A DNA stretch of 64,000 nt from a virus. Position numbers and translations under genes: made by a program. The notes under the pieces are model-generated. The model made no database searches. It was given only the letters and a program-made list of their open reading frames with translations, and was not told the DNA's origin. Within the stretch, counting starts at the first letter, position 1, and each line of letters opens with the position of its first letter. Positions 29,075-38,565 of this stretch are shown one piece after another. The stretch covers positions 99,924-163,923 of the IMG/VR virus record IMGVR_UViG_3300019487_000019; one strand, given 5' to 3'.

Positions 29075-29374
29075 TTATGGCTTGAAAATCATAACCCCAT
29101 TGCTTTCAACGATTATGTTAGATGAAGGAACAGGAAGCACTTCTGACCGTGTAATTCCGTGATATGTAAACGTCATGTCCCAGTTGATACACTCTCGATA
29201 TTCGGTTAGGAATGTTAGTGAACTAATATGGAGGGCAAAAAATGGGTCGCTAATTCGTTTCGCAGTGTTGATCGACGTAGTCTTTGAACGTATTTCAACC
29301 TCCGTGACTTTCGGATTACGAAAGACATTTCGGTGGTCTGTACCTTCTGCAGTGTTCTTTAGTACTACCTTCAT
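29075..29374 (-). CDS. Hypothetical protein
   Basis: 99 aa. ATGA overlap with the gp46 stop and GGAGG upstream. Confidence 0.55.
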   Translation of the reverse strand: MKVVLKNTAEGTDHRNVFRNPKVTEVEIRSKTTSINTAKRISDPFFALHISSLTFLTEYRECINWDMTFTYHGITRSEVLPVPSSNIIVESNGVMIFKP

Positions 29375-31122
29375 ACTTCCTCCACAATATATGAGAATCC
29401 CTTGCTAAACTGGACTGTAAGAGTGTGGTCAAAGGCTCGGTCAATCTCATCTCTATGTGATATGATATATAGCGACAATCCTTCGTCTCGTGCCTTTCTT
29501 TTTAGCAAACGAGCCGATGCTTGAACGCCAATCGTATCAAGACCATGATCCAATACTTCATCCAACATGCAAACATTGACTTTTTCATGTAGATTTTGAA
29601 GGACATCTTTGAAAGCTAATGCCAAACCAAAGTTGACACGTGCTTGTTGCCCGTTTGAGAGACCTCCAAAGGTCAGATCGCGACCAAATTGTGTGATTTT
29701 CGCCGACATTTCATGCGTAAATTCGACCTTATGTGGTAGGCCTAAAGTGGTCAGGTAGTGCTGTAAACGTGCATTTAGGAACGGTATATTCTTATTCAAC
29801 AGTGTTTTGCGAACAAAGCTATCCTTTTTGGTCAGCAGTTTTAACAGGAATTGCTGGTGTTCGAGCAGTTTTGTTGCCTCATTTACATCTGCATAGTCGA
29901 TCCTTTCGAATACAACAGCCTGTAGTTCTTCCAAAGGCTTGTGATGAGGATTCGGTGTCTGCTCTAGTTGTTCGATTTTGGTACGAATATTGGCGCTCTC
30001 TTGGCGTATTAGAAGCAATTCATCGAGATTATCAACAGTGATTTGCTTCTTTACATCCTTTATAGCATGTGTAAAATTCACTACTTGCTCATCAACTAGC
30101 TTCTTTTGATCAGCAAATGCTAGCATTTGATCCTCAAGTCCCGTGGCTTTCTTCTCATAGGTATCAACTTGATCGAGACCAGCAGCAAAATGTTGCTTAC
30201 ATCGGGGGCAAGTTTCACCCCGCAGGTGGATGATTTCATGCTGTGTGTCTTTGAGGTTGGTTGTTATTGTCCGAATATGTGCTGTCAATTCCCGTTGAGT
30301 ATTCAACGTAGCATTTAATTGATCGTTCACGTCCTTTAGGTTCTGTTGTAAAGCACGTTGCTCATCAAAGTTTACTGACTCAACACGCTTTAGCTTTGCT
30401 TTCAATCCCTTAATTGTGTCTTTATTTTGTGTAGCCCATGTGAGTAGGTGGCGGTGTAAGCCAGCAACTTGCTGAGCATGTCGCGTTTGTTCCTGTTCTT
30501 GAGCAGAAATCTTTGCTCGCTGAACGTCGATTCGCTTCTCGGTATCTTTGATCAGCTCTTTTAAAGTGAGGGCCTTCTGTGAAAGAGCTGTGAGCCCAAA
30601 CAATTCTTCGATGATTGCTGTCTGTTCGGTTGTTTTCAAGTTCAAAAACGGTAAGTGAGACGCGGAGAACACAACAATACGAACGAATAGCTCGTAAGGC
30701 ATTCCAATAATCTTGGCAATCAATGCATTTGCAGCATTGGCACTATCTGGTGTGATGTCTTTTCCATCTTCAAAAACGTAGACCGTATTACCAGCCGCAC
30801 CAGCTTTTGCTTTTCTTGTGCGTTGTATCCTGTACGTCTTCTTTCGAATCACAAATTCAACAACAACTTCCATATTCTTTTTATTGATGTTGTTGACTAG
30901 ATCGTCTTTGGCAAGGTCGGACACAGGCAAGTCATACACAGCATACGTTAGTGCGTTGATGATTGCACTCTTGCCGACACCATTTGAGCCTTTGCCTTCG
31001 GCTGTGTTGTCTAGATTTTCTCCAACAATGAGCGACGTTCCAGGTCGTTGCAACTGAAAGAGCGTTGTATTGTTGCCGTACGACAGGAAGTTTCGAAATG
31101 TTAGTGTCTTGAACTCAATCAT
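29371..31122 (-). CDS. gp46: Recombination ATPase (gp46 / SbcC-Rad50-like)
   Basis: RNFLSYGN, Walker A NGVGKS, CPRC zinc hook, signature LSNGQ, Walker B MLDE, ISH. True start is ATG 31122 (MIEFK); the track's longer start overlaps NADAR. Confidence 0.93.
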   Translation of the reverse strand: MIEFKTLTFRNFLSYGNNTTLFQLQRPGTSLIVGENLDNTAEGKGSNGVGKSAIINALTYAVYDLPVSDLAKDDLVNNINKKNMEVVVEFVIRKKTYRIQRTRKAKAGAAGNTVYVFEDGKDITPDSANAANALIAKIIGMPYELFVRIVVFSASHLPFLNLKTTEQTAIIEELFGLTALSQKALTLKELIKDTEKRIDVQRAKISAQEQEQTRHAQQVAGLHRHLLTWATQNKDTIKGLKAKLKRVESVNFDEQRALQQNLKDVNDQLNATLNTQRELTAHIRTITTNLKDTQHEIIHLRGETCPRCKQHFAAGLDQVDTYEKKATGLEDQMLAFADQKKLVDEQVVNFTHAIKDVKKQITVDNLDELLLIRQESANIRTKIEQLEQTPNPHHKPLEELQAVVFERIDYADVNEATKLLEHQQFLLKLLTKKDSFVRKTLLNKNIPFLNARLQHYLTTLGLPHKVEFTHEMSAKITQFGRDLTFGGLSNGQQARVNFGLALAFKDVLQNLHEKVNVCMLDEVLDHGLDTIGVQASARLLKRKARDEGLSLYIISHRDEIDRAFDHTLTVQFSKGFSYIVEEV

Positions 31123-31573
31123 GCTCAGCTCGAATCTCGGCTCGCACTTCCATCCAGAGCGTGCCGAGCCTGTTTTGTCCTTTTTGGTCCTTGCCCCACC
31201 CCCAAAAATCATCTCGCCAGCTATCCTCAACAAGAATACGATCGCCCGTTTCGAGTAATTTTCGACGAACATATTCGTGTTGGTGGGCTTTTGCAAGGAG
31301 GATCTCACGCATGATGTCAATTTTCACAACATTCCAATCGTGTCGATAGTATGTTTTGTGTTTTTCGGCAATCTTGAAAGCTTCATGTGCAGAAATAGCT
31401 TTCAAAATTAACTCTTGGATGTGTGGATAGTTTGGAAATTTCTCCCAATGATATGCAGCTTCGCTTGTATCAAATCTGTGGCCCTTCCACTGAAGTGTAA
31501 AGGCAGAAAAGTTTGATAGAACATAAAACTCTTGTTCATAAAAGAAAACGTGGGTATCTGTGTCGAGTTTCAT
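31115..31573 (-). CDS. NADAR (YbiA-like) family protein
   Basis: LSNF, F.TSEA.Y...KF, W...K..IM, L..TG...LVEDS..D.FWG.G....G.N.LG...M.VR motifs. Confidence 0.9.
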   Translation of the reverse strand: MKLDTDTHVFFYEQEFYVLSNFSAFTLQWKGHRFDTSEAAYHWEKFPNYPHIQELILKAISAHEAFKIAEKHKTYYRHDWNVVKIDIMREILLAKAHQHEYVRRKLLETGDRILVEDSWRDDFWGWGKDQKGQNRLGTLWMEVRAEIRAEHD

Positions 31574-32625
31574 GATTGTAGTTTCCTATATTGTTCCACA
31601 AGCATATCATTCTCAATGTGTTCGCTTTTGATCTCTTTTAACATTGCGACGACCAGTTCATCAACTGTATCAAGTTCGGTGTTTTCATTTACAACAACTG
31701 ACGTTTCTGTATTAACAACCGCCTCGGCAATGTCCGCGGATTCCTCTGTAATGAATTCACGCAGGTGATAATCCTCGATGAATTTGGCTCGAAGGTAAGT
31801 GCTTTCCTCGAATGAGATGGGTACGTCCATCACGCATCGTACCCTAGCTTCGGGTGTGATTACAACTGTCTTGTCAAGGACGTCTGTAAGCCGTGTCTTG
31901 ATATATCGGGGGCATTCTTTCCAGTTCTTATACGTAATTTTTGCTGTCTCGTGGTCGTAGATCATCATACCGCGTTCCAAATCGCCAGCATCGCCGAAGT
32001 CCATTGGGAAGCAATTGCCCATGTAGACAATATTGTCTTGCGTTTGGCGTTTATGGAAGTGTCCAGAAATGATATGTTTTGGCCCTTTGAAGTCCAGAGG
32101 ATTTGGGCCGGTATTCATTTTGACATTGTACCCCGTGACGACAAATCCCTGGAATTCAAAATGGCCAGCCCAGAATGGGACCTTCAAATACTCGGTAAGG
32201 GACGGGTATTCATCATGGAACATATACGGGCTGAAAAGAGCACCATCGCCAATCTCCGGCACGATAAGAGGCTGATCGATGATTTTGAAATTGTTGAATT
32301 CTTGAAAAGGAATGACCGAGTGAACCTCTCGAGTGTGGCGATGATATAGGTCGTGATTGCCAACACAAAAGAAAACCGGGAGACCAAGATTGTTAAGTTT
32401 CTTGGCTCCCTGATATGAGTAGTTTAGTGTTGCAATATTAAGGGCACTTCGATTTTCATTCCAGTCGCCCAGGAAAGCAACGTAGTCAATTGTTGTATCG
32501 GCCTTGACTTGTTCACAAAACCAATCAATGAACTTTAAACAGTCTTCATTGTGCAGTTGTGAGTTCGCTTTTTTCCCGAAGTGAATGTCGGTTGCGAAGC
32601 TGCCCTTACGCAGCTTTTTTGTCAT
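31570..32625 (-). CDS. gp47: Recombination nuclease (gp47 / SbcD-Mre11-like)
   Basis: TDIHFG, FLGD, VGNHD, GHFE, SGHFH metallophosphoesterase motifs. Lies between gp55 and gp46 as in T4. Confidence 0.93.
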   Translation of the reverse strand: MTKKLRKGSFATDIHFGKKANSQLHNEDCLKFIDWFCEQVKADTTIDYVAFLGDWNENRSALNIATLNYSYQGAKKLNNLGLPVFFCVGNHDLYHRHTREVHSVIPFQEFNNFKIIDQPLIVPEIGDGALFSPYMFHDEYPSLTEYLKVPFWAGHFEFQGFVVTGYNVKMNTGPNPLDFKGPKHIISGHFHKRQTQDNIVYMGNCFPMDFGDAGDLERGMMIYDHETAKITYKNWKECPRYIKTRLTDVLDKTVVITPEARVRCVMDVPISFEESTYLRAKFIEDYHLREFITEESADIAEAVVNTETSVVVNENTELDTVDELVVAMLKEIKSEHIENDMLVEQYRKLQS

Positions 32626-32645
32626 TCTTCTTGATCTTCTTTTTC

Positions 32646-34520
32646 TTAGTACTGCAGTGGTTGATTATCATCTTCCGCAGGAGGGTTGTCAACGGTTGTC
32701 GCAGACGCAGGGGCCTTTGGTAATCGCTCGAGGGCATCTGCAATCTGTTTATTGAGGTGGAAATCATCATCTCCGTCGCGGCCTTCACCTTCACCATAAC
32801 CATGAGAAGGATTGAGACCTTGATCAATGATGAGCAGATCTCGAATAACACGTTGTCGTTTCTCTTGGTTTAGATACTGAATGAAAGAGTGTTTGATGCA
32901 CTGTGTAAAGAAAGCGAAAGCATTGCTACTTTTTGCAGGATCGAAACTGTTCCATGTTCGAACAAGCATCATCATTGCATATCCCTGCATATCCTCGTTG
33001 TATGTATTCCCTGTGACGTAGATATACTTGCCACGCCGAGCGACAAAAGTACCATACTCAGTCCGTGGGCACCATATCTGTCCGGTGTATTGCTCGGTGG
33101 GGAGGTTCGGTTTGTTGTTCCTACGACCGCCGGCTGCTTGCTTTCCACCGTGAAAGTCAATCCACTCCGCACGACATGTAGTTTTTGGTTCACTATAAAT
33201 GTTCACGCTGAGTACATCACTAACACCACCACAGGGATTTTTTCTGCTAATGGGTGTTTTGTACGTCATTGGTGTAACAGAAACGGTCTGCCCCGCTAAC
33301 GTACAGAGCATTAGGAATGCGTCAATATGTTCGGGGGACTTTTGGACGTATGACATCCCTCCTGATGGTCGTATCCACCCATCACCAGCCACCATAGTTT
33401 TGATAAGTAATAGTCGTTGTGTTTGAATAAGGTCTAAAAGAAATTCACATGCAGGTACACGGGACGGAGCAATTGTTTGATGTATTTTTGATATCCAGGT
33501 GCCTGTACAGTTAAAGAGAACAATCCCCTGATTGTTCAGATATTCCTTATGGGGAATAGCGAGTGATTGTAATAGTTGGCGGATTTGGTTAGCTTTGGCT
33601 CCCTGTTTTTGGGAAATTTGTATCGAGTGTCGCTTTTTAGAGTTAGTGCTGTAGTATCCTTCAGTAATGCACCACCCTACAAGCTCCACAACATTGTCGG
33701 AATAGATAATCCTACCATCTGCCACCGGTTGTCCCATTAAAACGATGTGTTCATTGCAGATGATATCCTCAACGGGAATCAAACCACGTTCCATAGAAAC
33801 AAACTTATGATTTGGTGTTACGAGAGCGTCAAGTCCTTGTGTTGAGAGTTTGTGCATTGTGTTTGAATAGTCGCTTCGAAAGACTTCAAGAACTTTTGAC
33901 CATACGAGCTGTTGTGTTTCCAGACTATACGAAAGAATCTCATCGTCTGTTGTCATTTGTTGATGTGTTTTCCAACCACTTTTTGTTAATGCTAGTGTGG
34001 CACCATCAACACAGTAATTAACGAAATTGCCCTTCTTTGCATACTTGGCACATAGCAACTGAAGCATTTGCGCTAGTTTGTTTGTCATCTGTTTATCTTT
34101 CTTGCTATGTTTGACTTCAGCAAGAAGGTCTCTATTGTTCAAGTAGATGTTTTTTGGAACTACTTGCGGTGGTCGTTCAAGAACAAGTTCAGGCGGTGGT
34201 GGAAGTGCTTTGACCTTTGGTCGAACCGGACCAGGAACCTTGTAAATGATTTCTTTGACTTTTTCAGGCTCCGCAGGAGTGTGTCGATTCAAAACTGCTG
34301 TCAGTTTTTTCCGTTCTTCGCGTCGCGCTTTACGTACAGCTCGTTTTTGCTCTTGCTTTTTACGATGGTAGTACGAGAGACCCTCTTGTTTTAGTTTTTG
34401 TTTTTTGGTGAGTTTGGGTTTACGTGGAGTAGCTGATTTTACGACACGCTTAACGATAGTTTTCTTACTCTTTGCGGCTTTGACTTTCTTGGAACGGACC
34501 TTATTCTTCGTTTTTTTCAT
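32646..34520 (-). CDS. gp55: Late-transcription sigma factor (gp55-like), intein-containing, with Lys-rich N-terminal extension
   Basis: Extein YLNNRDLL...NFVNY|TYNEDM...FDPAKSSNAFAFFTQ...EKRQ matches the gp55 pattern, and synteny is 55-47-46. Start ATG 34520, since the track's GTG lies inside the promoter. Confidence 0.88.
   Translation of the reverse strand: MKKTKNKVRSKKVKAAKSKKTIVKRVVKSATPRKPKLTKKQKLKQEGLSYYHRKKQEQKRAVRKARREERKKLTAVLNRHTPAEPEKVKEIIYKVPGPVRPKVKALPPPPELVLERPPQVVPKNIYLNNRDLLAEVKHSKKDKQMTNKLAQMLQLLCAKYAKKGNFVNYCVDGATLALTKSGWKTHQQMTTDDEILSYSLETQQLVWSKVLEVFRSDYSNTMHKLSTQGLDALVTPNHKFVSMERGLIPVEDIICNEHIVLMGQPVADGRIIYSDNVVELVGWCITEGYYSTNSKKRHSIQISQKQGAKANQIRQLLQSLAIPHKEYLNNQGIVLFNCTGTWISKIHQTIAPSRVPACEFLLDLIQTQRLLLIKTMVAGDGWIRPSGGMSYVQKSPEHIDAFLMLCTLAGQTVSVTPMTYKTPISRKNPCGGVSDVLSVNIYSEPKTTCRAEWIDFHGGKQAAGGRRNNKPNLPTEQYTGQIWCPRTEYGTFVARRGKYIYVTGNTYNEDMQGYAMMMLVRTWNSFDPAKSSNAFAFFTQCIKHSFIQYLNQEKRQRVIRDLLIIDQGLNPSHGYGEGEGRDGDDDFHLNKQIADALERLPKAPASATTVDNPPAEDDNQPLQY
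33006..34013 (-). mobile_element. Intein (336 aa) with LAGLIDADG-type endonuclease in the late sigma factor
   Basis: N-junction NY|CVDGAT, block B VTPNH, dodecapeptide-like ELVGWCITEG and LIKTMVAGDG, C-junction FVARRGKYIYVTGN|TY. Confidence 0.92.
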
Positions 34521-34562
34521 CGAGAGCGCCCTTTTATTGTTGTTTTTGGTGGGGTTCCTTTT

Positions 34563-34590
34563 ATTATAGCAGGTTTTTTCCACCAGTCAA
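34563..34590 (-). promoter_or_regulatory. Near-consensus sigma70 promoter for the gp55-47-46 operon
   Basis: Minus strand TTGACT-N16-TATAAT with extended -10 TG (TGcTATAAT). Confidence 0.75.
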
Positions 34591-34597
34591 CGCTGAA

Positions 34598-34603
34598 TAA
34601 ATA
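34598..34603 (+). promoter_or_regulatory. Late promoter motif for the baseplate operon
   Basis: TAAATA 30 nt upstream of ATG 34634. Confidence 0.6.
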
Positions 34604-34633
34604 TTCAAGGAACGCTATTTAGGGAAAATAAGA

Positions 34634-35398
34634 ATGGCAAGCAACTTCAAGGTTCGATTAATCTCAGTACTCAACAACATCGCTTCGAGCGACGGACGCT
34701 TTACGCGGCAGGAAGTCGTGTTTGAAAACACGCCCGCTTTCTCTGAAAACGGTTCGGTTGAGTACACAGCTGTACAGCCTGTTCATATGCCCGGAGCAGT
34801 CCAAATCTATAAGAATACAGCTCCTCGAACGTTCTCGATTAACTCGAAGTTGATTTCGCGCACTCGTTCCGAAGCAATGACAAACATGGTCAATGTTCAA
34901 CTGTTGCGATCATGGCGATATCCGTTCTTTGGTCAGCAAAGTCGTACCTTTCAGGAAGGACAGATTACGCAAAACCAAAAGAAAGCTGTAGATGGCCAAC
35001 TTCTGACGGCCGAAGACAAAATCAATGCTGCTCAATTAGAGGGGACGGAGATTACAGACGTCCAACTCGCAGAAGTCAATACCCTGCGTATCAAAAGCGA
35101 ATCAGGTGGATTTGAATTGCTTGGTGCACCGCCAGAAGTATTGTATTTGTATGCTTATTCGAGCCCCGACACCGATCGGGCACAAGTGGGTTGGGTAAAC
35201 ATCAATCGCATTCCGGTTGTTTTGACAAATCTAGATATTACCTTTCCTGAAGACGTCGATTATCTTCCGAACGCATTTGGACAACCGTGGCCTGTGCGGA
35301 TTGATGTGAATATTGCACTCGCGGAAACACACTCACCACGGGAATTTGAACAATTCTCATTGATCAAATTCAAGACTGGCCAGCTTGACTTTTTCTAA
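34634..35398 (+). CDS. Baseplate/tail-tube initiator-like protein
   Basis: F..TP..S.....Y, Y.NT..R.F.I, GAPP.VL.L, IPVV...L....P..VDY pattern. First gene of the baseplate operon. Confidence 0.55.
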   Translation: MASNFKVRLISVLNNIASSDGRFTRQEVVFENTPAFSENGSVEYTAVQPVHMPGAVQIYKNTAPRTFSINSKLISRTRSEAMTNMVNVQLLRSWRYPFFGQQSRTFQEGQITQNQKKAVDGQLLTAEDKINAAQLEGTEITDVQLAEVNTLRIKSESGGFELLGAPPEVLYLYAYSSPDTDRAQVGWVNINRIPVVLTNLDITFPEDVDYLPNAFGQPWPVRIDVNIALAETHSPREFEQFSLIKFKTGQLDFF

Positions 35399-35407
35399 GG
35401 ATTGAAT

Positions 35408-35740
35408 ATGGCAACCAAAGCAAGAAGTGATGAGATTCGAAACGGACGGTATATTCAGGGTGGGACGACAGAACAATTTCGTGAGCGATTGGGTTGGTGG
35501 GATCGTCGATTATTCTCGCGATCAGCCACCGATGTTCCGTTTAAGATTACTCCCCGATATGGTAAACGGCCTGACTTACTTGCGTATGATATGTATGGGC
35601 AGGTGAGTTTGGGATGGTTAATCCTCCAATATAACTACATTGTTGACATTAATGAGGAGTTTATTGAAGGAGTTTCGATTATTCTGCCCACCAGAGAGCG
35701 TGTCTTGACCGAATTCTTGACACGTCCGTTGGTTGTATGA
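35408..35740 (+). CDS. gp53: Baseplate wedge protein (gp53-like, LysM-like)
   Basis: RPDLLAYD.YG...L.W.I...N.......G..I..P motif. Confidence 0.85.
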   Translation: MATKARSDEIRNGRYIQGGTTEQFRERLGWWDRRLFSRSATDVPFKITPRYGKRPDLLAYDMYGQVSLGWLILQYNYIVDINEEFIEGVSIILPTRERVLTEFLTRPLVV

Positions 35741-35751
35741 TGGAGAGATAA

Positions 35752-38565
35752 ATGGCAGCAGAACCAAGAAAAGAAACATCTCAGCCGATACATGATCCAA
35801 AACAAAAGAGCGAAGCAGAGACGCCACCACCGTCAAAAACGGACCAGCCTCGTCAATTAACGGGTCGACGATCTGTTGACATCAATCGATTGTCTGATGC
35901 TCGCTCGTATAGCTATTATTTTGTGCTAGTGATGTGTAAAGATAGCGACACGGCCGAGGCCCTAGCGAAAGATAATACTGGTAGTATTTGGCGCCATCCT
36001 CTTGGTCCGGACGAAGCCGAAAAGTGGGGAGCGATGGGAAAGTATTCACCCCGAAAACTTACACTAGAGGGTGTTCCGTGTGAGTTTTGTGTATTGATTG
36101 ATGGCTCGTCTGATGCAGATTTTGCCATTACCGATGTAAGGTGGCTATCTGCGACGGCAGCGGAAGCGGTTCCGGGTGATGCAGGAACATCTGTTGCTGT
36201 GGAAGGTTCCGTGAAAGTTTCTGAGCCACGTGGTGTAATTTTTGTTGACCAGATTGTCACGTGCACACAGGCTCTTAACGTTGACGCGTCAAGTGTCGTT
36301 TGGTTGTTAAAGCCGTTCTTTGTTGGATATGACAATAAAGGCTTGGGTCGAAACAATCAAGACAGTGCCCTGTTCATCAACGACATTAAGCCTGTCATGT
36401 TTATCCCATACGACATCGCAGGTGTGTTTGCGGAAACAGGAGGCGTGTATGACATGCAGTGGGTTGGCATGGCGAACGGTGCCACACGTATGCCACAATA
36501 TTCTCGTGCGGCTGATGGTTTTACAGCAAAGGTGGGCCCAACCCTGAAGGCCGCGATGGCCAACATACAAACACAGATTACGAAGCGGTATGAGGAGTAT
36601 TACCAGTGCTTTATTGGAAGATTGAAAGACGCGGGTCTGGATCAAAGCCGTTTTTTTACCGACCAAAACCAATATAAGAGGGTTGAGTACATTATCCTGC
36701 TTGATCCTGTTTACTGTAGCGATTTGTACCGAGTCAACGATACACCCCAGCAGGTCAAAGATAAAGGCGAATGCGAAGAAGCAGCAACACTCAAGCAGAC
36801 AATTGGTGGTAGTCTTGAAAGCGCTATTCGCTCTGTTATGCAAATGTCGCCTCAAGTTAAGCTTGATATGACGGGTGCTGGACCCGACAAAGTTAAGTGG
36901 GAGTATAAGATTCATACATCGCTTCGCTCTATGCCGGACAAAAATCAAGTGATCTATTCCGTAAAACGTTTTGCCTCCCCAAAGGGGGGATTGATCGAAT
37001 CTTTGGTGGGGGGAGCATCGAGGGGTGGACTCAGTGATGAAATCATTAGCAGGCATTTGGTGATTTTTGATTATATCTACACGGGGTTGAACACGGACAT
37101 TCTTGAATTTGATTTAAAGATGAATTTAGGCCTAGCATATTTGCAAACGGCAACAAGCGCTAATTCATTTAAAGAACAACTGCAAAATATTGGTGCTCGT
37201 TCAACTCACATTGATCCGAATGGGTGGACGAATCCACAAACTCCCACTAATCCCGTTAAGTTTCCAGTCTACTTTGGATCACAAGCACAGGGGCGCGGAA
37301 ATAATACTGATCACCCGGGAACAAATATTGGTGCAAGTTTTACAATGGCAAAGCATGCCAGTTTGGAGGTTGCTGAGGCGACTGTAAAAATTCGTGGGAA
37401 TACAGCATTCCTCGAAACAGCTAGCAATCTTTCAAATCCTGCTGTTTCGCTACGATTTGTAGACGCAGTAGTTTTAAAGCCGGACGGTTCAAACGTTTGT
37501 GGTGCAACCAATTCGACAACAGAAACGCAATCAACCATTGGACCAATGTTGATGGGCGACTTTCCGCTCCTGGCAAAGATAAACATTAAGATGCCTCAGA
37601 AAAACGACGACTTGCAGGCATTTCGTGATCGAACAAGCTATGCGGCGAACTTTTGGTTTGAAGGGCATTACTACATCTATGGAATTGAGCATAACTTCAC
37701 TGCTGGGGAATTTACGCAGACTCTTCAAATGATCGCGCTACCTGAGGCCAATACGTATGACTTTTTGAAAAAGAACAAAGAGAAAGCAGTTGCTTTTACA
37801 GCAATGGTGAGCAAGTGTTACGATTTTGTTGAACCGTGCACGGAACCTGCAAAGGGCCAAGAGCCAACCGCTAAAAGCAACGCTGCGGGTGCGAAACCAT
37901 GTCCGACCCCAGAAGAGAAAAAGAAACAAGCGAATAATAAGGACTGTCAGGATAAACCAAAGGTTGATCCACCACCAGCGGTGCAAACGCCCCAACCGCA
38001 ACCAACACCACCGCCGCCTCCTCCTCAAAAACAACCGGCGACGAATGTGCCTTCGGACTGTCAAGATATTTTTGCACACGAGGGACCATTCCCACCAACG
38101 TTCCAATTGTCGCCAAATTATCAACTGAAGGACTTGACAACGAATACGCGTATTTCTGCTCCGAATTATGCTCTGAGGGCAGTAAATGGCCTTTCGGAAA
38201 AGGAAATCGTGTGCAACTTGCGGGCACTGTGTGTTAACATTGTCGAGCCGCTGCGCAACACTTACGGGGCCTCGTTGGTGATTAATTCTGCCTTCAGGAG
38301 TAATAGCAATTCACAACACGGTCTTGGGGAAGCAGTTGATGTCGCATTTACTAACATAGAATCCAATTCAAGTGCAATGTTCGAACGCGCGAAAAAGGTT
38401 GTTGGAGAAGTACCATACGATCAATTCCTCTTAGAAAAGGACCGAACGTTTTGGCTCCACATTTCTTTTACGCGTGGTCAGAGTCGCATAAAGCAGATCA
38501 ATAAAGTTGGAACAATTAATGTATCAAATAAGGGCGCCTTCCTTGTAGGACTTCACCAAATATGA
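35752..38565 (+). CDS. Baseplate hub-like protein with C-terminal peptidase M15 domain
   Basis: Hub-like ending G.Y.I..IEH.F..G.FTQTL, then a Pro-rich linker, then LSPN..L, INSAFR, SQH..GEAVD, DQ.LLE, WLHISF (M15 Zn-peptidase). Confidence 0.75.
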   Translation: MAAEPRKETSQPIHDPKQKSEAETPPPSKTDQPRQLTGRRSVDINRLSDARSYSYYFVLVMCKDSDTAEALAKDNTGSIWRHPLGPDEAEKWGAMGKYSPRKLTLEGVPCEFCVLIDGSSDADFAITDVRWLSATAAEAVPGDAGTSVAVEGSVKVSEPRGVIFVDQIVTCTQALNVDASSVVWLLKPFFVGYDNKGLGRNNQDSALFINDIKPVMFIPYDIAGVFAETGGVYDMQWVGMANGATRMPQYSRAADGFTAKVGPTLKAAMANIQTQITKRYEEYYQCFIGRLKDAGLDQSRFFTDQNQYKRVEYIILLDPVYCSDLYRVNDTPQQVKDKGECEEAATLKQTIGGSLESAIRSVMQMSPQVKLDMTGAGPDKVKWEYKIHTSLRSMPDKNQVIYSVKRFASPKGGLIESLVGGASRGGLSDEIISRHLVIFDYIYTGLNTDILEFDLKMNLGLAYLQTATSANSFKEQLQNIGARSTHIDPNGWTNPQTPTNPVKFPVYFGSQAQGRGNNTDHPGTNIGASFTMAKHASLEVAEATVKIRGNTAFLETASNLSNPAVSLRFVDAVVLKPDGSNVCGATNSTTETQSTIGPMLMGDFPLLAKINIKMPQKNDDLQAFRDRTSYAANFWFEGHYYIYGIEHNFTAGEFTQTLQMIALPEANTYDFLKKNKEKAVAFTAMVSKCYDFVEPCTEPAKGQEPTAKSNAAGAKPCPTPEEKKKQANNKDCQDKPKVDPPPAVQTPQPQPTPPPPPPQKQPATNVPSDCQDIFAHEGPFPPTFQLSPNYQLKDLTTNTRISAPNYALRAVNGLSEKEIVCNLRALCVNIVEPLRNTYGASLVINSAFRSNSNSQHGLGEAVDVAFTNIESNSSAMFERAKKVVGEVPYDQFLLEKDRTFWLHISFTRGQSRIKQINKVGTINVSNKGAFLVGLHQI

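Noticed and set aside
31123-31320. N-terminal 66 aa of the track's 649-aa gp46 ORF
   Set aside because: It overlaps the NADAR gene in another frame. Family similarity starts at MIEFK (31122).
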